Counted from the stretch's first letter, positions 1 to 10,303 are shown. The stretch is 64,000 nt of DNA from Nitrospinaceae bacterium (GCA_029261555.1 JAJDBB010000075.1:44786-108785); one strand, 5' to 3'. Notes: a model not told the origin generated them from the sequence alone. Numbers and translations: made by a program.

Positions 1-306
1 GGAAATAATAGCATGCAGAGACACGTTCACTTTCCGGCTCCAAGGGACGAGAGCTAGGAAGTAAACAAACACGCCGTACTCGATCCAGGAATTTTTAAAC
101 TGATAATGGTTGCTGATCAGGAAGAGAGTGTACAACGCTATGACAAGATAATAAAGGTAGCGATGAAACTTGTAACCCTTGCGGCGTTTGTCCTTGGGCA
201 GGATACTGACGCCGACGATCACGTTTCCGATGACGACGAGGATGGTCGCAAACAGAAAAAGAAAAACGGGGTTGGAAAAAAGCCCCTCTAAAGTGTGCGT
301 TTGCAT
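1..306 (-). CDS. Integral membrane protein, N-terminal part (gene runs off the left edge)
   Basis: The minus-strand frame is open from the ATG at 306-304 to position 1. It is absent from the ORF track because it has no stop in the window. My translation is MQTHTLEGLFSNPVFLFLFATILVVIGNVIVGVSILPKDKRRKGYKFHRYLYYLVIALYTLFLISN..., dominated by hydrophobic helices. It starts 22 nt downstream of the epimerase stop on the same strand. No clear RBS. Confidence 0.45.
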   Translation of the reverse strand, partial: MQTHTLEGLFSNPVFLFLFATILVVIGNVIVGVSILPKDKRRKGYKFHRYLYYLVIALYTLFLISNHYQFKNSWIEYGVFVYFLALVPWSRKVNVSLHAIIS

Positions 307-327
307 GACTTATGCGGGAAGGCTAGG

Positions 328-1449
328 TTAAACTACCAGGCCCTTTTGGACCAGCTCGCGGTGGGCGTTTTCAACGTTGGAGACGGATTGCTGAAGGGCG
401 CCCCATTCCACCAGGTCGCGCAATCCTTCTTCAAAGGTTACCGAGGACGTAAAACCCAGTCCGGACAATTTGGAGACGTCCGCGTAACAATCGCGGATAT
501 CCCCGCTACGGAATTTCTCAACTACATTGGGTTCCAAATCCTTGCCGCTTAATTTGATCAGGGTCTGCGCCAATTCCAGAATGGACGTGGGTTTTCCTGT
601 GCCAATATTGAAAACGCCGAAATCGGACTCGGGCGTTTCCAGCAAAAACAGTTTTCCTTCGACCAGATCCTTAACGTGAATAAAATCGCGTCTCTGCAAA
701 CCGTCCTCGTAAATCAAAGGCGCCTTGTCGTTTTGAATGGCGGACCAGAATATGGCGGCGGCCCCGGTATAAGGATTGTTAAGGCTCTGGCGCGGACCGT
801 AGCAATTAAAAAAACGGCAGGCCACGGTGGGTATCCGGTGCGCCTTCCCAATCATTAACGAATAAACTTCCTGATCTTTTTTGCTCTGCGCGTAAACCGA
901 AGTGCAATCCAACGGCTTGGCCTCGTCGGTGGGAACGGGTTCGACAGCCGCGTCACAATCAGGACAACGCATTTGCCAGTCGCCCTTTATCAATTGTTCG
1001 TCCGGCCTGGGCCGCGGAGCGATTTTTCCATGCGTCGGGCATTGATACCTGCCCTCGCCGTACAGGCTCATGGAACTTGCAACCAGAACTTTTTCCACCT
1101 GGTGTTTATCATTGACCAATATGTCCCACAAGACGGCGGTCCCATGAACGTTGGTGGAAACGTACTGCTCGATAGAATACATGGATTGCCCCACGCCCAC
1201 CTCGGCGGCGTCGTGGATCACCAGCTCGATCCCTTCAAGCGCTTTTTTTAACGCCACGCGGTCGCGCACGTCCCCCAGGATAAATTCGGCGTCGGGGTGC
1301 AGGTAAGCGGGTTTTTCCGCATCCGGACCATGGACCTGCGGATTCAAATTGTCGAATACCCGGACGCCGTATCCGCGCTCGATCAAAGCTTCCACCGTAT
1401 GCGAGCCGATAAAACCGGCGCCGCCCGTCACCAAAACTTTTTTATTCAT
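328..1449 (-). CDS. NAD-dependent epimerase/dehydratase (extended SDR family) with a Cys/His insertion
   Basis: Rossmann motif VLVTGGAGFIGSH at the N-terminus and catalytic YxxxK (SVYAQSKKD). Overall sugar-nucleotide epimerase/dehydratase pattern. An extra segment of about 30 aa carries CPTH...CPDC (see findings). Confidence 0.9.
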   Translation of the reverse strand: MNKKVLVTGGAGFIGSHTVEALIERGYGVRVFDNLNPQVHGPDAEKPAYLHPDAEFILGDVRDRVALKKALEGIELVIHDAAEVGVGQSMYSIEQYVSTNVHGTAVLWDILVNDKHQVEKVLVASSMSLYGEGRYQCPTHGKIAPRPRPDEQLIKGDWQMRCPDCDAAVEPVPTDEAKPLDCTSVYAQSKKDQEVYSLMIGKAHRIPTVACRFFNCYGPRQSLNNPYTGAAAIFWSAIQNDKAPLIYEDGLQRRDFIHVKDLVEGKLFLLETPESDFGVFNIGTGKPTSILELAQTLIKLSGKDLEPNVVEKFRSGDIRDCYADVSKLSGLGFTSSVTFEEGLRDLVEWGALQQSVSNVENAHRELVQKGLVV

Positions 1450-1590
1450 GGTCGTCTCGAAGGTCTCAAGTAATTATTAAAGGAGAGTCCCGCCAAAGCG
1501 GCAGGGCCTTCTTGAGTTAACGTAAGAATTGAAAAGTATCTTTAGAAAATTCGCCTCTATTGGGGAAGAACGGGCGATAAATGGAGAGTG

Positions 1591-1771
1591 TCCAAACTGT
1601 TTTTTCGGATCGAAAATGAAAATGGTTTTTGCCGAAGGCAATCTGCCTCTCCGGCGAGGAGGCCCTCCGCGGAGGAGCGGCGCCCATAGACGGAACATAT
1701 CCAAACCGTCTTTTCCTATCGAAAATAAAAATGATTTTTTGCCGAAGGCAATCTGCCTCTCCGGCGAGGAG
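1591..1771. repeat. Two tandem copies (period about 110 bp) of a ~70-bp element abutting the 3' end of tRNA-Leu
   Basis: 1591-1661 and 1700-1771 align almost base for base: tccaaac[tc]gt..ttttc..atcgaaaat[ga]aaaatg[ga]ttttttgccgaaggcaatctgcctctccggcgaggag. Each copy contains the small hairpin ttgcc-gaa-ggcaa. Confidence 0.75.
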
Positions 1772-1856
1772 TGGTGCCGACGGGGAGACTCGAACTCCCA
1801 CGGATCGCTCCATACGCCCCTCAAGCGCACGTGTCTACCAATTCCACCACGTCGGC
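1772..1856 (-). tRNA. tRNA-Leu (anticodon GAG), class II with long variable arm, CCA encoded
   Basis: Reverse complement is GCCGACGTGGTGGAATTGGTAGACACGTGCGCTTGAGGGGCGTATGGAGCGATCCGTGGGAGTTCGAGTCTCCCCGTCGGCACCA. Acceptor stem GCCGACG/CGTCGGC, T-arm GGGAG-TTCGAGT-CTCCC, anticodon stem TGCGC/GCGTA with loop TTGAGGG. The layout parallels E. coli tRNA-Leu. Position after secG is a common arrangement. Confidence 0.9.
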
Positions 1857-1894
1857 ACGTTCCACCGGAACACAGGCTTCACAGTTTTCTCAAA

Positions 1895-2185
1895 TTATTT
1901 CGAGTCGGTCTCCGCGGGTACCTCGACTTCGCTCGGGATCACCGACTGGGATTCTTTCTTGGAAGAAAACGTGGTCAGGGTCAGGGAGGTGATCATAAAA
2001 ATGATCGCTGCTGCAGTGGTGAGCTTGGTCAGGAAATTCCCGGCTCCGGAGCTTCCAAACATGGTCTGACTACCCCCGCCGCCAAATGCAGACCCCATTC
2101 CGGCCCCTTTGCCGGTCTGGAGTAATACCACCAATATTAAAAATAATGCGACAAGAACGTGAAGCGCGACAATGATCGATTGCAT
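1895..2185 (-). CDS. secG: Preprotein translocase subunit SecG
   Basis: 96 aa with two hydrophobic helices flanking the Gly-rich loop LLQTGKGAGMGSAFGGGGSQTMFGSSGAGNFLTK typical of SecG. Lies in a tpiA-secG-tRNA-Leu arrangement. Confidence 0.9.
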   Translation of the reverse strand: MQSIIVALHVLVALFLILVVLLQTGKGAGMGSAFGGGGSQTMFGSSGAGNFLTKLTTAAAIIFMITSLTLTTFSSKKESQSVIPSEVEVPAETDSK

Positions 2186-2227
2186 GTAAATCTCGTTAGC
2201 TCGTTAATTCGTTGATTCGTTAGTTGG

Positions 2228-2977
2228 TTAATTTAGCGAGGCAATGATAGCACAAAATTTTTCCACCGCCAAACTTGCGCCGCCCACCAGGGCGCCGTCT
2301 ATATCTGATTGATTCAAAAGTTCCCGGCTGTTGTCCTGGTTGACGCTTCCGCCGTACAAAATGCGAACTCCCTCGCTGGCTTCCGGACTCAAAATGCTCC
2401 CCAGGGTGGCGCGTATAAAGGCATGTGCTTCCTGAGCCTGGTCCGGCGTGGCGGTTAGCCCCGTTCCAATGGCCCAAACCGGCTCGTAGGCGACGACCAG
2501 GTCGCCTTTATCCTCTATCCCCTCCAACGCGCCTTGCAGTTGGCTCTTAACAACCTCTTCCGTTTGACCGCCGTTTCTTTGTTCGAGGGTCTCGCCGACG
2601 CAAAGAATGGTTTTCAATCCGTCGGCTTGAGCGGATGAGATTTTTTTATTGATCCCCGCGTCGTCCTCATGAAAAAACAGCCGGCGCTCGGAATGCCCCA
2701 AAATGACATATTCGCAACCGGCGGATTTCAACATGGCCCCGGAAATTTCCCCCGTGAACGCGCCTTGCGGTTCCCAAAACATATTTTGCCCGGCAAGCTT
2801 AAGAGAATCGTTTTTGCAATGCGGTTTCAACGCGGCCAGATGCGTGAAAGGCGGCGCCAGAATAATTTCCGCGTCCGGCAATCCGGGCAACAGCCTCTGG
2901 ATTCCCGCAACCCATTCCACGGCCTCGGGAATCAGCTTGTTCATTTTCCAATTGGCCGCGATCAACGGGCGTCTCAT
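2228..2977 (-). CDS. tpiA: Triosephosphate isomerase
   Basis: MRRPLIAANWKMN start, catalytic His context ILGHSERR, AYEPVWAIGTG and GGASL motifs. 249 aa. Confidence 0.95.
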   Translation of the reverse strand: MRRPLIAANWKMNKLIPEAVEWVAGIQRLLPGLPDAEIILAPPFTHLAALKPHCKNDSLKLAGQNMFWEPQGAFTGEISGAMLKSAGCEYVILGHSERRLFFHEDDAGINKKISSAQADGLKTILCVGETLEQRNGGQTEEVVKSQLQGALEGIEDKGDLVVAYEPVWAIGTGLTATPDQAQEAHAFIRATLGSILSPEASEGVRILYGGSVNQDNSRELLNQSDIDGALVGGASLAVEKFCAIIASLN

Positions 2978-2998
2978 GCTGAACCTTTCAGGTTAAGA

Positions 2999-4015
2999 TC
3001 AAAGCCCTTGTTTGATGACAAATTTCAACAAATCCTTCACCCGTGAAGAGTAGCCCCATTCATTGTCGTACCAGGAAAGGGCCTTGACCATTTTGCCTCC
3101 AATGACCTTGGTCGAAAGAGCGTCCAGAACAGACGACGCCGGGGATCCGTTGAAATCGGCGGAGACCAGAGGTTGCGTTTCAAACTCAAGAATCCCATTG
3201 AGTTCGTTTTCCGCAGAGTTTTCAAAAAACCCGTTCACTTCCTCCGCCGTGGTTTCTCGTTCCACCTCGACCACCAGGTCGATCAACGAAACGTTGGGCG
3301 TGGGCACGCGAATGGCCATGCCGTCCAGTTTCCCCTTCAACTCCGGAAGGACAAGCGACACGGCCTTGGCCGCGCCGGTGGTAGTTGGAATCATGGACAC
3401 CGAAGCGGCGCGCGCGCGTCTCAAATCCTTGTGCGGCAAATCCAATATGCGTTGATCATTGGTGAAGGAATGGATGGTCGTCATTAACCCGCGTTTAATT
3501 TCCAGTTTGTCGTTCAAAACCTTCGCTACGGGCGCCAGGCAATTGGTGGTGCAGGATGCGTTGGAAATGATCTTGTGGTCGGACGGCGAATAGGTCGATT
3601 CGTTGACCCCCAACACAAGCGTGACGTCCGGATCCGTTGCCGGCGCTGAGATAATCACTTTTTTAGCTCCAGCTTTGAGGTGCTTCTCCGCCCCATCCCT
3701 CTTGGTAAATAACCCCGTGCATTCCAGCACAACGTCGACGCCCAAATCTTTCCACGGAAGATTCTCCGGGTCGCGTTCCGCGAGGATCTTGACGGTCTTG
3801 CCGTTGACGACCAAAGCGCTTTCAGAGCATGAAATTTCGGCGAGATTACGGCCTTGAACGGAATCGTACTTGAACAAATGGGCCAACGTTTTGGAATCAG
3901 TGAGGTCGTTGATCGCTACGACTTCTATGTCGGCGCAAGATTTATCCTGAAGGATCGCCTTGAAAACGCTCCTGCCAATTCTCCCGAAACCATTGATCCC
4001 AATTTTTGTAGACAT
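2999..4015 (-). CDS. gap: Glyceraldehyde-3-phosphate dehydrogenase (type I)
   Basis: IGINGFGRIGR NAD-binding start, active-site SNASCTTNCLAP and C-terminal WYDNEWGYS. 338 aa. Confidence 0.95.
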   Translation of the reverse strand: MSTKIGINGFGRIGRSVFKAILQDKSCADIEVVAINDLTDSKTLAHLFKYDSVQGRNLAEISCSESALVVNGKTVKILAERDPENLPWKDLGVDVVLECTGLFTKRDGAEKHLKAGAKKVIISAPATDPDVTLVLGVNESTYSPSDHKIISNASCTTNCLAPVAKVLNDKLEIKRGLMTTIHSFTNDQRILDLPHKDLRRARAASVSMIPTTTGAAKAVSLVLPELKGKLDGMAIRVPTPNVSLIDLVVEVERETTAEEVNGFFENSAENELNGILEFETQPLVSADFNGSPASSVLDALSTKVIGGKMVKALSWYDNEWGYSSRVKDLLKFVIKQGL

Positions 4016-4203
4016 TGCAAGCTCCTGACCCTAAATGGGCGGACAAAATTTTAAAGAAACCCTTGAATTTAATTGGAGTTTAAATAGAGGGGTGAAACCA
4101 AGGCTGATTATGCAAAAAATGGAATTTTAAGTCAACAGCGCGCTTCTAAAAATTAATCATGACCGTGCCGGGCAAGCGCCTATTGGGTCCAGCGTCACGC
4201 TGG

Positions 4204-5085
4204 TTAGCCGGAAGCGAGGTTTTGATCCTCGCCTTCCTCCGTCGAATCGGTTTCAGTCTGAGAGGAATTTTCCAAATGTTCGTCCAAAGACCGAGGTACG
4301 TCTTCCGCCCCGGGCTGATCCAGTTGGGAAAATAATATGTGATCGACCCCCTCCTGAATTTCCAGGCTGGCGTTGGCGGCCCGGACGATTTTTTCCAAAT
4401 CCGAAATGAGTATCCGCTCTTCTTCGATGGAGCCCTCCAGATCCTTTTCCAACGACTTTATTTCCTCCAGCATCTGGTCTCTGTTGGATTCAAGAATCTC
4501 CTTTTTCTCCAGAGCCTCATCGTTCTTTGCGGAAATATCGACGTGCGCCTTTTCCATTTCCAGGCGCATTTTTTCTATGGACTGCAACTCGCCTTCCAAC
4601 CGCTTAAAGACGCCTGACAGGCTTTGCAGGTATTTATTGCGTCGCTCCATCAAAGCCTCGCGGCTCTGGTTTCCCGCAAGCGGAAGAGAAACCACCTTGC
4701 CGGAATTTTTGTCCTCCGGTTCTGGTTCCGCCTCTACTATTCCCAGCTGGACCTCTTCCGGATGGGCGCCTTCCAACAAAAGTTCGAATTTTTCCTTGAA
4801 CTTTTTTTCCTTCTCCTCGACCGATTGCAGGGAGGTCGACAGCTTGTCCATGTTGGCGTTGTATATTTCAATGTTATTGTTGATCGTGTCCAATTGTTTC
4901 TGATTCTTTTTCAACTTGTCCAACGCCCATTCCACGCGCCCGCGATGGGAAAATCGTTTCTGCTCCTTAAATCCGAGAACCTTGTTGAACGTTTCCACCA
5001 CGCGAACAAACTCACGCGCCGACCGAGCGCTTTGTTCGCGAATCTCGCGGTTTTTGTTGAAAATTTCCGAGCTATCGTTTTCCAT
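4204..5085 (-). CDS. Hypothetical coiled-coil protein with acidic C-terminus
   Basis: 293-aa ORF rich in E/K/L heptad-like stretches (LESNRDQMLEEIKSLEKDLEGSIEEE). No signal peptide and no recognisable catalytic motif. The competing plus-strand ORFs here are low-complexity. Confidence 0.6.
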   Translation of the reverse strand: MENDSSEIFNKNREIREQSARSAREFVRVVETFNKVLGFKEQKRFSHRGRVEWALDKLKKNQKQLDTINNNIEIYNANMDKLSTSLQSVEEKEKKFKEKFELLLEGAHPEEVQLGIVEAEPEPEDKNSGKVVSLPLAGNQSREALMERRNKYLQSLSGVFKRLEGELQSIEKMRLEMEKAHVDISAKNDEALEKKEILESNRDQMLEEIKSLEKDLEGSIEEERILISDLEKIVRAANASLEIQEGVDHILFSQLDQPGAEDVPRSLDEHLENSSQTETDSTEEGEDQNLASG

Positions 5086-5192
5086 CCCAAAACCTCTAGT
5101 AATCTCTTAAAAGTCAAATAGTTGGCGGCGCAGAGCAACAATAGATATAATACAATTTTCATGCCAGTTATTAAAGTCTATTTGACCTTGCG

Positions 5193-5915
5193 TCACTTTG
5201 TAATCGGACGAATCGCAAGCCTCATTTCTTCCACCGCCTGCAACATGCCCACCATTACGGCGCGGGAAACGATGTGATGTCCTATGTTTAATTCCTCAAT
5301 AGCATCGATTGCAGAAATAGATCCGACGTTCTTGCGGGTCAACCCATGACCTGCGAACACCCGCAACCCGCGTTGGGCGGCATGCCCGGCGGCGACCCGG
5401 ATTTTCTCCAATTCAGCTTTAAGAGCGTCTGGTGCTTGGCGTTCGGAATACAGCCCGGTATTGATCTCTATGCTGTCGGCGCCAATTTCCCTGGCGGCGT
5501 CTATTTGTAAACGATCCGGATCGACAAACAAACTGAATAGAATTCCGGCGGGTTTAAGTCGATCCCGAATTGCAATCAACCGTTCCTTATGGCCGATTAC
5601 GTCCAGTCCCCCTTCGGTGGTGACCTCCTGCCTGTTTTCCGGAACCAGCGAAATCTGAAAAGGTTTTATTTCAAGCGCAATACAAACCATCTCCTCAACA
5701 GCGGCCATCTCCAGGTTCATCGGAGTCGAAATTCCGCGCCGAATCTTTTGAGCATCCTCGTCCTGAATATGCCGCCGGTCCTCCCGCAGGTGAACGGTAA
5801 TCCCGTCCGCCCCGGCTTTTTCTGCCAGCAGGGCCGCTTCGAGGGGATTGGGTTCGACGGTTTTTCTGGCTTCGCGAATCGTCGCGACATGATCTACGTT
5901 TACAAACAACCTCAT
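5193..5915 (-). CDS. pdxJ: Pyridoxine 5'-phosphate synthase
   Basis: MRLFVNVDHVATIREAR... and GITVHLREDRRHI are hallmark PdxJ motifs. 240 aa. Confidence 0.95.
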   Translation of the reverse strand: MRLFVNVDHVATIREARKTVEPNPLEAALLAEKAGADGITVHLREDRRHIQDEDAQKIRRGISTPMNLEMAAVEEMVCIALEIKPFQISLVPENRQEVTTEGGLDVIGHKERLIAIRDRLKPAGILFSLFVDPDRLQIDAAREIGADSIEINTGLYSERQAPDALKAELEKIRVAAGHAAQRGLRVFAGHGLTRKNVGSISAIDAIEELNIGHHIVSRAVMVGMLQAVEEMRLAIRPITK

Positions 5916-5934
5916 TAATTATTTCTCCCAACCG

Positions 5935-6936
5935 TTAACTCGTTAACCCGTTCATCAAAGCCAGCGCGGTTTTCACGGCTCGAACGGTTTCCGCAACGTC
6001 GTGAACTCGCAGGATATGGACGCCTTTTTGAACCGCAAAAACGCTTGCGGCCAAGGAACCTTCCAGCCTCTCCTCAACCGGCAAGTCCAAAATTTTACCC
6101 AGAAAGGATTTCCGCGAAAGGCCCAACATTATGGGAACCCGCAACTCCTGGAACCTGTCCAGACGCCGGAGAATTTCCAAGTTGTGATCCAGGGTTTTTC
6201 CAAATCCAATTCCCGGATCGGCAATAATATTTTCCCCGTTGACCCCGGCGGCTTTTGCGACGCTCATGCTATCTCGCAATGATTGCATCACCTCGTCGAC
6301 GACGTTCTCATAAGTTGGAGCGGTTTGCATAGTCGCAGGGCTTCCCTGCATGTGCATCAGGACTATTTTGGCGCCATTCCGAGCGACGATGGAAGCGGTT
6401 TCGGGATACAGTCGGAGTCCGGTGATATCGTTGATGATGGCGGCGCCTGCGTCCAGAACGCCTTGAACCACGACGGGCTTGTAGGCGTCGACCGAAACGG
6501 GAACGCCAAACTCCTTGACCAATGCTTCAACGACCGGCAGGAGCCGCTGTAATTCCAGTTTCTCGCCGATGGGTTGCGAGCCAGGCCGCGAACTTTCGGC
6601 GCCGACGTCCAGGAAGTCCGCTCCCTCTTTAAGAAATCGTTCGGCGAGTTTAAGCGCCTCGTTTTCGCTCGCACAACGGCTCTCCGCGAAAAACGAATCT
6701 GGGGTCAAATTGATAATTCCAGCGACTTGTACTGCGGATTTATTTTTGTTCAATTCGATAGGAGCAGGAACGGTCCTGCGATTCGGGTTTTTGAAATAAA
6801 AAAAACCCCGACCCCAAGCCTGAAGCTTGAGGAAGGGGCTTGTAAGTTTTAATATTTGAGCGAAATCAAGCCGGGCTGGGATCGGGCATTCCGCCTCCCA
6901 GAATATCCCCGTCAAGGCCCGGCTTTTTATCCTCAC
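5935..6936 (-). CDS. folP: Dihydropteroate synthase (true start probably downstream of the ORF-track start)
   Basis: Pterin-binding motifs [11 protein letters not shown] and [10 protein letters not shown], and a GFGK loop. The first ~60 residues are non-homologous and overlap the ftsH 3' end by 71 nt, so an internal alternative start near 6750 is likely. ftsH-folP adjacency is common. Confidence 0.88.
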   Translation of the reverse strand: MRIKSRALTGIFWEAECPIPARLDFAQILKLTSPFLKLQAWGRGFFYFKNPNRRTVPAPIELNKNKSAVQVAGIINLTPDSFFAESRCASENEALKLAERFLKEGADFLDVGAESSRPGSQPIGEKLELQRLLPVVEALVKEFGVPVSVDAYKPVVVQGVLDAGAAIINDITGLRLYPETASIVARNGAKIVLMHMQGSPATMQTAPTYENVVDEVMQSLRDSMSVAKAAGVNGENIIADPGIGFGKTLDHNLEILRRLDRFQELRVPIMLGLSRKSFLGKILDLPVEERLEGSLAASVFAVQKGVHILRVHDVAETVRAVKTALALMNGLTS

Positions 6937-8809
6937 CGCTGGTTTTCAATTCATCCTCGCTCAGGGGAATCGGATCACCGACGCCGGTTTCTGCGTCGTC
7001 GTCGCTATCGAGGGATTCTCCCTTCATAATTTTATCAATGTCTTTGGCGCCAAGAGTTTCAAACTCCAGGAGCGCCTGAGCCATATTTTCCAGCGTATCG
7101 CGATTGGTATTTAGAAGTTCAACAGCTCTATCGTAGCCGCCTACCACCAAGGACTTGACTTCCAGGTCAATCAACTTGGCGGTTTCGTCGCTAAAATTTT
7201 TCTGCTGGTTGAAATCCTTTCCGAGGAAAACCTGTTCCTCCTTGGTGCCATAAGTGAGGGGTCCCATCTTTTCGCTCATTCCCCACTCACACACCATTTT
7301 CCGCGCCATTTCCGTGGCGCGTTCGATATCGTTCCCGGCGCCGGTGGTCATCTCGCCTAGACAGATTTCTTCGGCTACTCGACCGCCCATGAAAATAGCC
7401 AGATTGTTATACAAGTAGGTCTTTGGATAGGTGTGCTTATCCTCCTGGGGCAATTGCATGGTAACGCCCAAAGCCTGGCCTCGGGGAATGATGGTGACCT
7501 TGTGCAAAGGATCGGTTCCAGGAAGCAGGAAGGCAACAAGAGCATGCCCCGCTTCATGATAGGCGGTGATCTTTTTTTCTTTTTCGCTGATGACCATGCT
7601 TCGCCGTTCAACTCCCATCAGCACTTTATCTTTGGCGCTGTCAAAATCTTCCATGGCAACCGCCGCTTTATCGTCCCGCGCCGCCAACAAGGCCGCTTCA
7701 TTGACCAGATTGGCCAAATCGGCTCCGGTAAAACCGGGGGTGCCGCGGGCGATGGTTTTCAAAACAACGTCGTCGGTCAAGGGAACCGTGGCGGTGTGCA
7801 CTTTCAATATCCCTTCCCGGCCCTTAATGTCTGGCCGACTGACCACAACCTGACGGTCGAATCTGCCGGGCCTGAGTAAGGCGGGATCGAGAACGTCGGG
7901 ACGGTTGGTGGCCGCGATCAGAATGACCCCTTCGTTGTTTTCGAATCCGTCCATCTCAACCAGGAGTTGGTTCAGGGTCTGCTCGCGCTCGTCGTGTCCG
8001 CCACCCAGTCCAGCGCCGCGATGGCGTCCCACGGCGTCAATTTCATCAATGAAGATGATACAGGGGCTGTTTTTCTTGCCTTGCTCAAACAAATCGCGAA
8101 CCCTGGAGGCTCCCACACCCACAAACATTTCCACAAAATCCGAACCGCTGATGCTGAAAAACGGCACGTTGGCCTCGCCGGCGATGGCGCGGGCCAACAG
8201 GGTTTTGCCTGTGCCTGGAGGTCCCACAAGCAACACGCCTTTGGGAATTTTGCCGCCCAGTTTGCTGAATTTCTGTGGCTCCTTCAAAAACTCGATAACC
8301 TCGTGCAGTTCTTCCTTGGCCTCGTCGACCCCTGCGACGTCCTTAAAGGTCGTCTTGTTGCTTTTGTCACCCATCAGGCGGGCCTTGCTTTTGCCGAAGG
8401 ACATGGCTTTCCCACCTCCGGATTGCATTTGCCGCATGAAGAAAATCCAAATGCCCAGAAGAAGGAGCATAGGAAACCAGGAGACCAGAATATTCATGTA
8501 CCAACTGGTTTGCTCGGGAGGAACGACGACAATGCGAACGTTATTCTCGCGCAACAGCCGGATCACGTCCGGATCCTTGGGAGGAGCGATGGTTTGAAAC
8601 GACCGGCCATCGGTGTATTTCCCGGAGATATTGTCTCCCTGCACCACGACCTCGTTGATCTCGCCTTTTTCCGCCAAGTCCATAAAATCGCTAAACACCA
8701 GCTCCGACTGGGGCGTTATGGGCGTATTAAAAATATTGAACAGGGCAATGAGGATCATGCCAATAACCATCCACAACGCCAGGTTTTTATAAAATTGGTT
8801 CAAGGCCAA
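6866..8809 (-). CDS. ftsH: ATP-dependent zinc metalloprotease FtsH
   Basis: Two N-terminal TM segments, Walker [12 protein letters not shown], Walker [10 protein letters not shown] and zinc site HEAGHAL. 647 aa. Confidence 0.97.
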   Translation of the reverse strand: MALNQFYKNLALWMVIGMILIALFNIFNTPITPQSELVFSDFMDLAEKGEINEVVVQGDNISGKYTDGRSFQTIAPPKDPDVIRLLRENNVRIVVVPPEQTSWYMNILVSWFPMLLLLGIWIFFMRQMQSGGGKAMSFGKSKARLMGDKSNKTTFKDVAGVDEAKEELHEVIEFLKEPQKFSKLGGKIPKGVLLVGPPGTGKTLLARAIAGEANVPFFSISGSDFVEMFVGVGASRVRDLFEQGKKNSPCIIFIDEIDAVGRHRGAGLGGGHDEREQTLNQLLVEMDGFENNEGVILIAATNRPDVLDPALLRPGRFDRQVVVSRPDIKGREGILKVHTATVPLTDDVVLKTIARGTPGFTGADLANLVNEAALLAARDDKAAVAMEDFDSAKDKVLMGVERRSMVISEKEKKITAYHEAGHALVAFLLPGTDPLHKVTIIPRGQALGVTMQLPQEDKHTYPKTYLYNNLAIFMGGRVAEEICLGEMTTGAGNDIERATEMARKMVCEWGMSEKMGPLTYGTKEEQVFLGKDFNQQKNFSDETAKLIDLEVKSLVVGGYDRAVELLNTNRDTLENMAQALLEFETLGAKDIDKIMKGESLDSDDDAETGVGDPIPLSEDELKTSGEDKKPGLDGDILGGGMPDPSPA

Positions 8810-8887
8810 CTCCTTTTCTGGGATTGAAATACATATTTATTCTAGCACATCTGACCTGCATTGGAATTCAATCTTTGTGTTTCAAAT

Positions 8888-10303
8888 TTATACGGACGCG
8901 CCTTCGATAATAAGAATTTTTCGGGTCTCGACGCCCACTTTATAAAGATTTGAAATTCTTTTGCCATAAACCCAAATAATATCGCCGACGGCGGTTGTCA
9001 AGATGGGAATCTTACCGCGCAACTCCCTGGGAACTTTTTGGTCGATAAAAAACGATTTTAATTTTTTGTGTCCGCTCATCCCAAGCGGGACGAAACGATC
9101 GCCGGGCCGAAAAAGCCGGATCCGAATATCCGGCCCGGTTTTGTCAAAATCGAAATGCGCGCAGGTCGTCGAACAATTGGCGCTATCTGCTTCATCGGGC
9201 GTGGCAACCTTGGTTGCAAATTGCAAGCGCCCCAGCGGTCCTCTGGTGGAACCGGGAACTTTAAGCTCAATAATTTCCTCTGAATCCTGCGCCTTTGAAT
9301 TTAATTCCGGGATTTCGTAGTCCCGGTCCAACACGACGTCGGCGCCGCGACTCCAGGCCGTCGCTCCATGAGGCAAGGAAACGCGCCGGAGCCTGCCGTC
9401 GTTTTTAAATAAACCGAGAACGCTCTCAATATGTTTATAAGAAACCCTGCTCAGGGAACCCGTCAATTCAAAAAAAGCCCGTCTCAGCAGACGCCTTTGC
9501 AGGGCGAGGGGGTGAACCAAAAAGGCTGCCCCCATTACGGCAAGCGATTTACCCTCTCGTCGGATCATACCGGGGAAAATTTTCTCCACGACGCCCTGGA
9601 TGAATTCATCGTCGTCCCGGATGATTTGCGCCGTCTCCAGAATATTGGATTTCAGGTTCGCGTTAAAATTTTTTTGCAGGTAAGGAGTCAGGTCGAGGCG
9701 AATCCGGTTTCGTTTATAAAGCGAACTCGAATTGGTAGGGTCCTCGCGAAATGGGATTTTGTTCTTTTCGGCGTAGGATTCAATTTCCGTCCGCAAACAC
9801 TGGGACAAAGGTCGAATGTACGCGCCGCGAACCTGTGGAATTCCCGCCAGGCCTTTCAATCCGCTGCCGCGGAGCAGGTTCAACAAAACGGTTTCTACCT
9901 GATCGTCGGCGTGATGCCCCAGCGCCACTTTATCGCTCCCTGTCTGCGCTCCGACCTCTTCAAAAAACTCATACCGCGCCCGGCGCGCTACCTCCTGAAA
10001 CGAAGTTCCGGAGTTTTTCTGCATAGCCTTCACGTCAATTTCCTTAACACGGCAGGGGATATCGAGAGTCCGGCACAAGTCCCGCACGAACTCGGCGTCC
10101 AGGTTCGATTGCTCCCCGCGCGCCTGGTGGTTTAAATGAGCGACATGCAGACGCAATCCCCATTCCTCCTGAATTTCCTTGAACAAATGCAAAAGAGTCG
10201 AAGAATCCACCCCGCCGGATACGGCGACCAAAACTCCGTCGCTGGGAGCGATCATTTTTTTTGTTTTCAAAGCGGCTTTAAATTGCCTTAACAGGGAGGG
10301 CAT
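8888..10303 (-). CDS. tilS: tRNA(Ile)-lysidine synthase
   Basis: PP-loop SGGVDSSTLLH near the N-terminus. Length and C-terminal TilS domain fit. Lies upstream of ftsH, as in many bacteria. Confidence 0.9.
   Translation of the reverse strand: MPSLLRQFKAALKTKKMIAPSDGVLVAVSGGVDSSTLLHLFKEIQEEWGLRLHVAHLNHQARGEQSNLDAEFVRDLCRTLDIPCRVKEIDVKAMQKNSGTSFQEVARRARYEFFEEVGAQTGSDKVALGHHADDQVETVLLNLLRGSGLKGLAGIPQVRGAYIRPLSQCLRTEIESYAEKNKIPFREDPTNSSSLYKRNRIRLDLTPYLQKNFNANLKSNILETAQIIRDDDEFIQGVVEKIFPGMIRREGKSLAVMGAAFLVHPLALQRRLLRRAFFELTGSLSRVSYKHIESVLGLFKNDGRLRRVSLPHGATAWSRGADVVLDRDYEIPELNSKAQDSEEIIELKVPGSTRGPLGRLQFATKVATPDEADSANCSTTCAHFDFDKTGPDIRIRLFRPGDRFVPLGMSGHKKLKSFFIDQKVPRELRGKIPILTTAVGDIIWVYGKRISNLYKVGVETRKILIIEGASV

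Noticed and set aside
1477-1860. Possible integrated mobile element or prophage at tRNA-Leu.
   Set aside because: Only about 110 bp separate the direct repeats. No integrase, excisionase or cargo genes are on either side, where there are secG and an epimerase gene. I kept it only as a possible scar (see findings).
1477-2125. ORFs 1477-1830, 1517-1813, 1529-2125, 1629-2069 and 1771-1992 overlapping the tRNA-Leu gene, its flanking repeats and secG.
   Set aside because: They run through a well-folded tRNA gene and a tandem repeat, or are antisense to secG, and their translations are low-complexity.
2228-4015. gap directly followed by tpiA without pgk between them.
   Set aside because: The order of glycolytic genes varies widely among bacteria, and pgk is probably elsewhere. 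The 21-nt gap shows no sign of a deletion or pseudogene.
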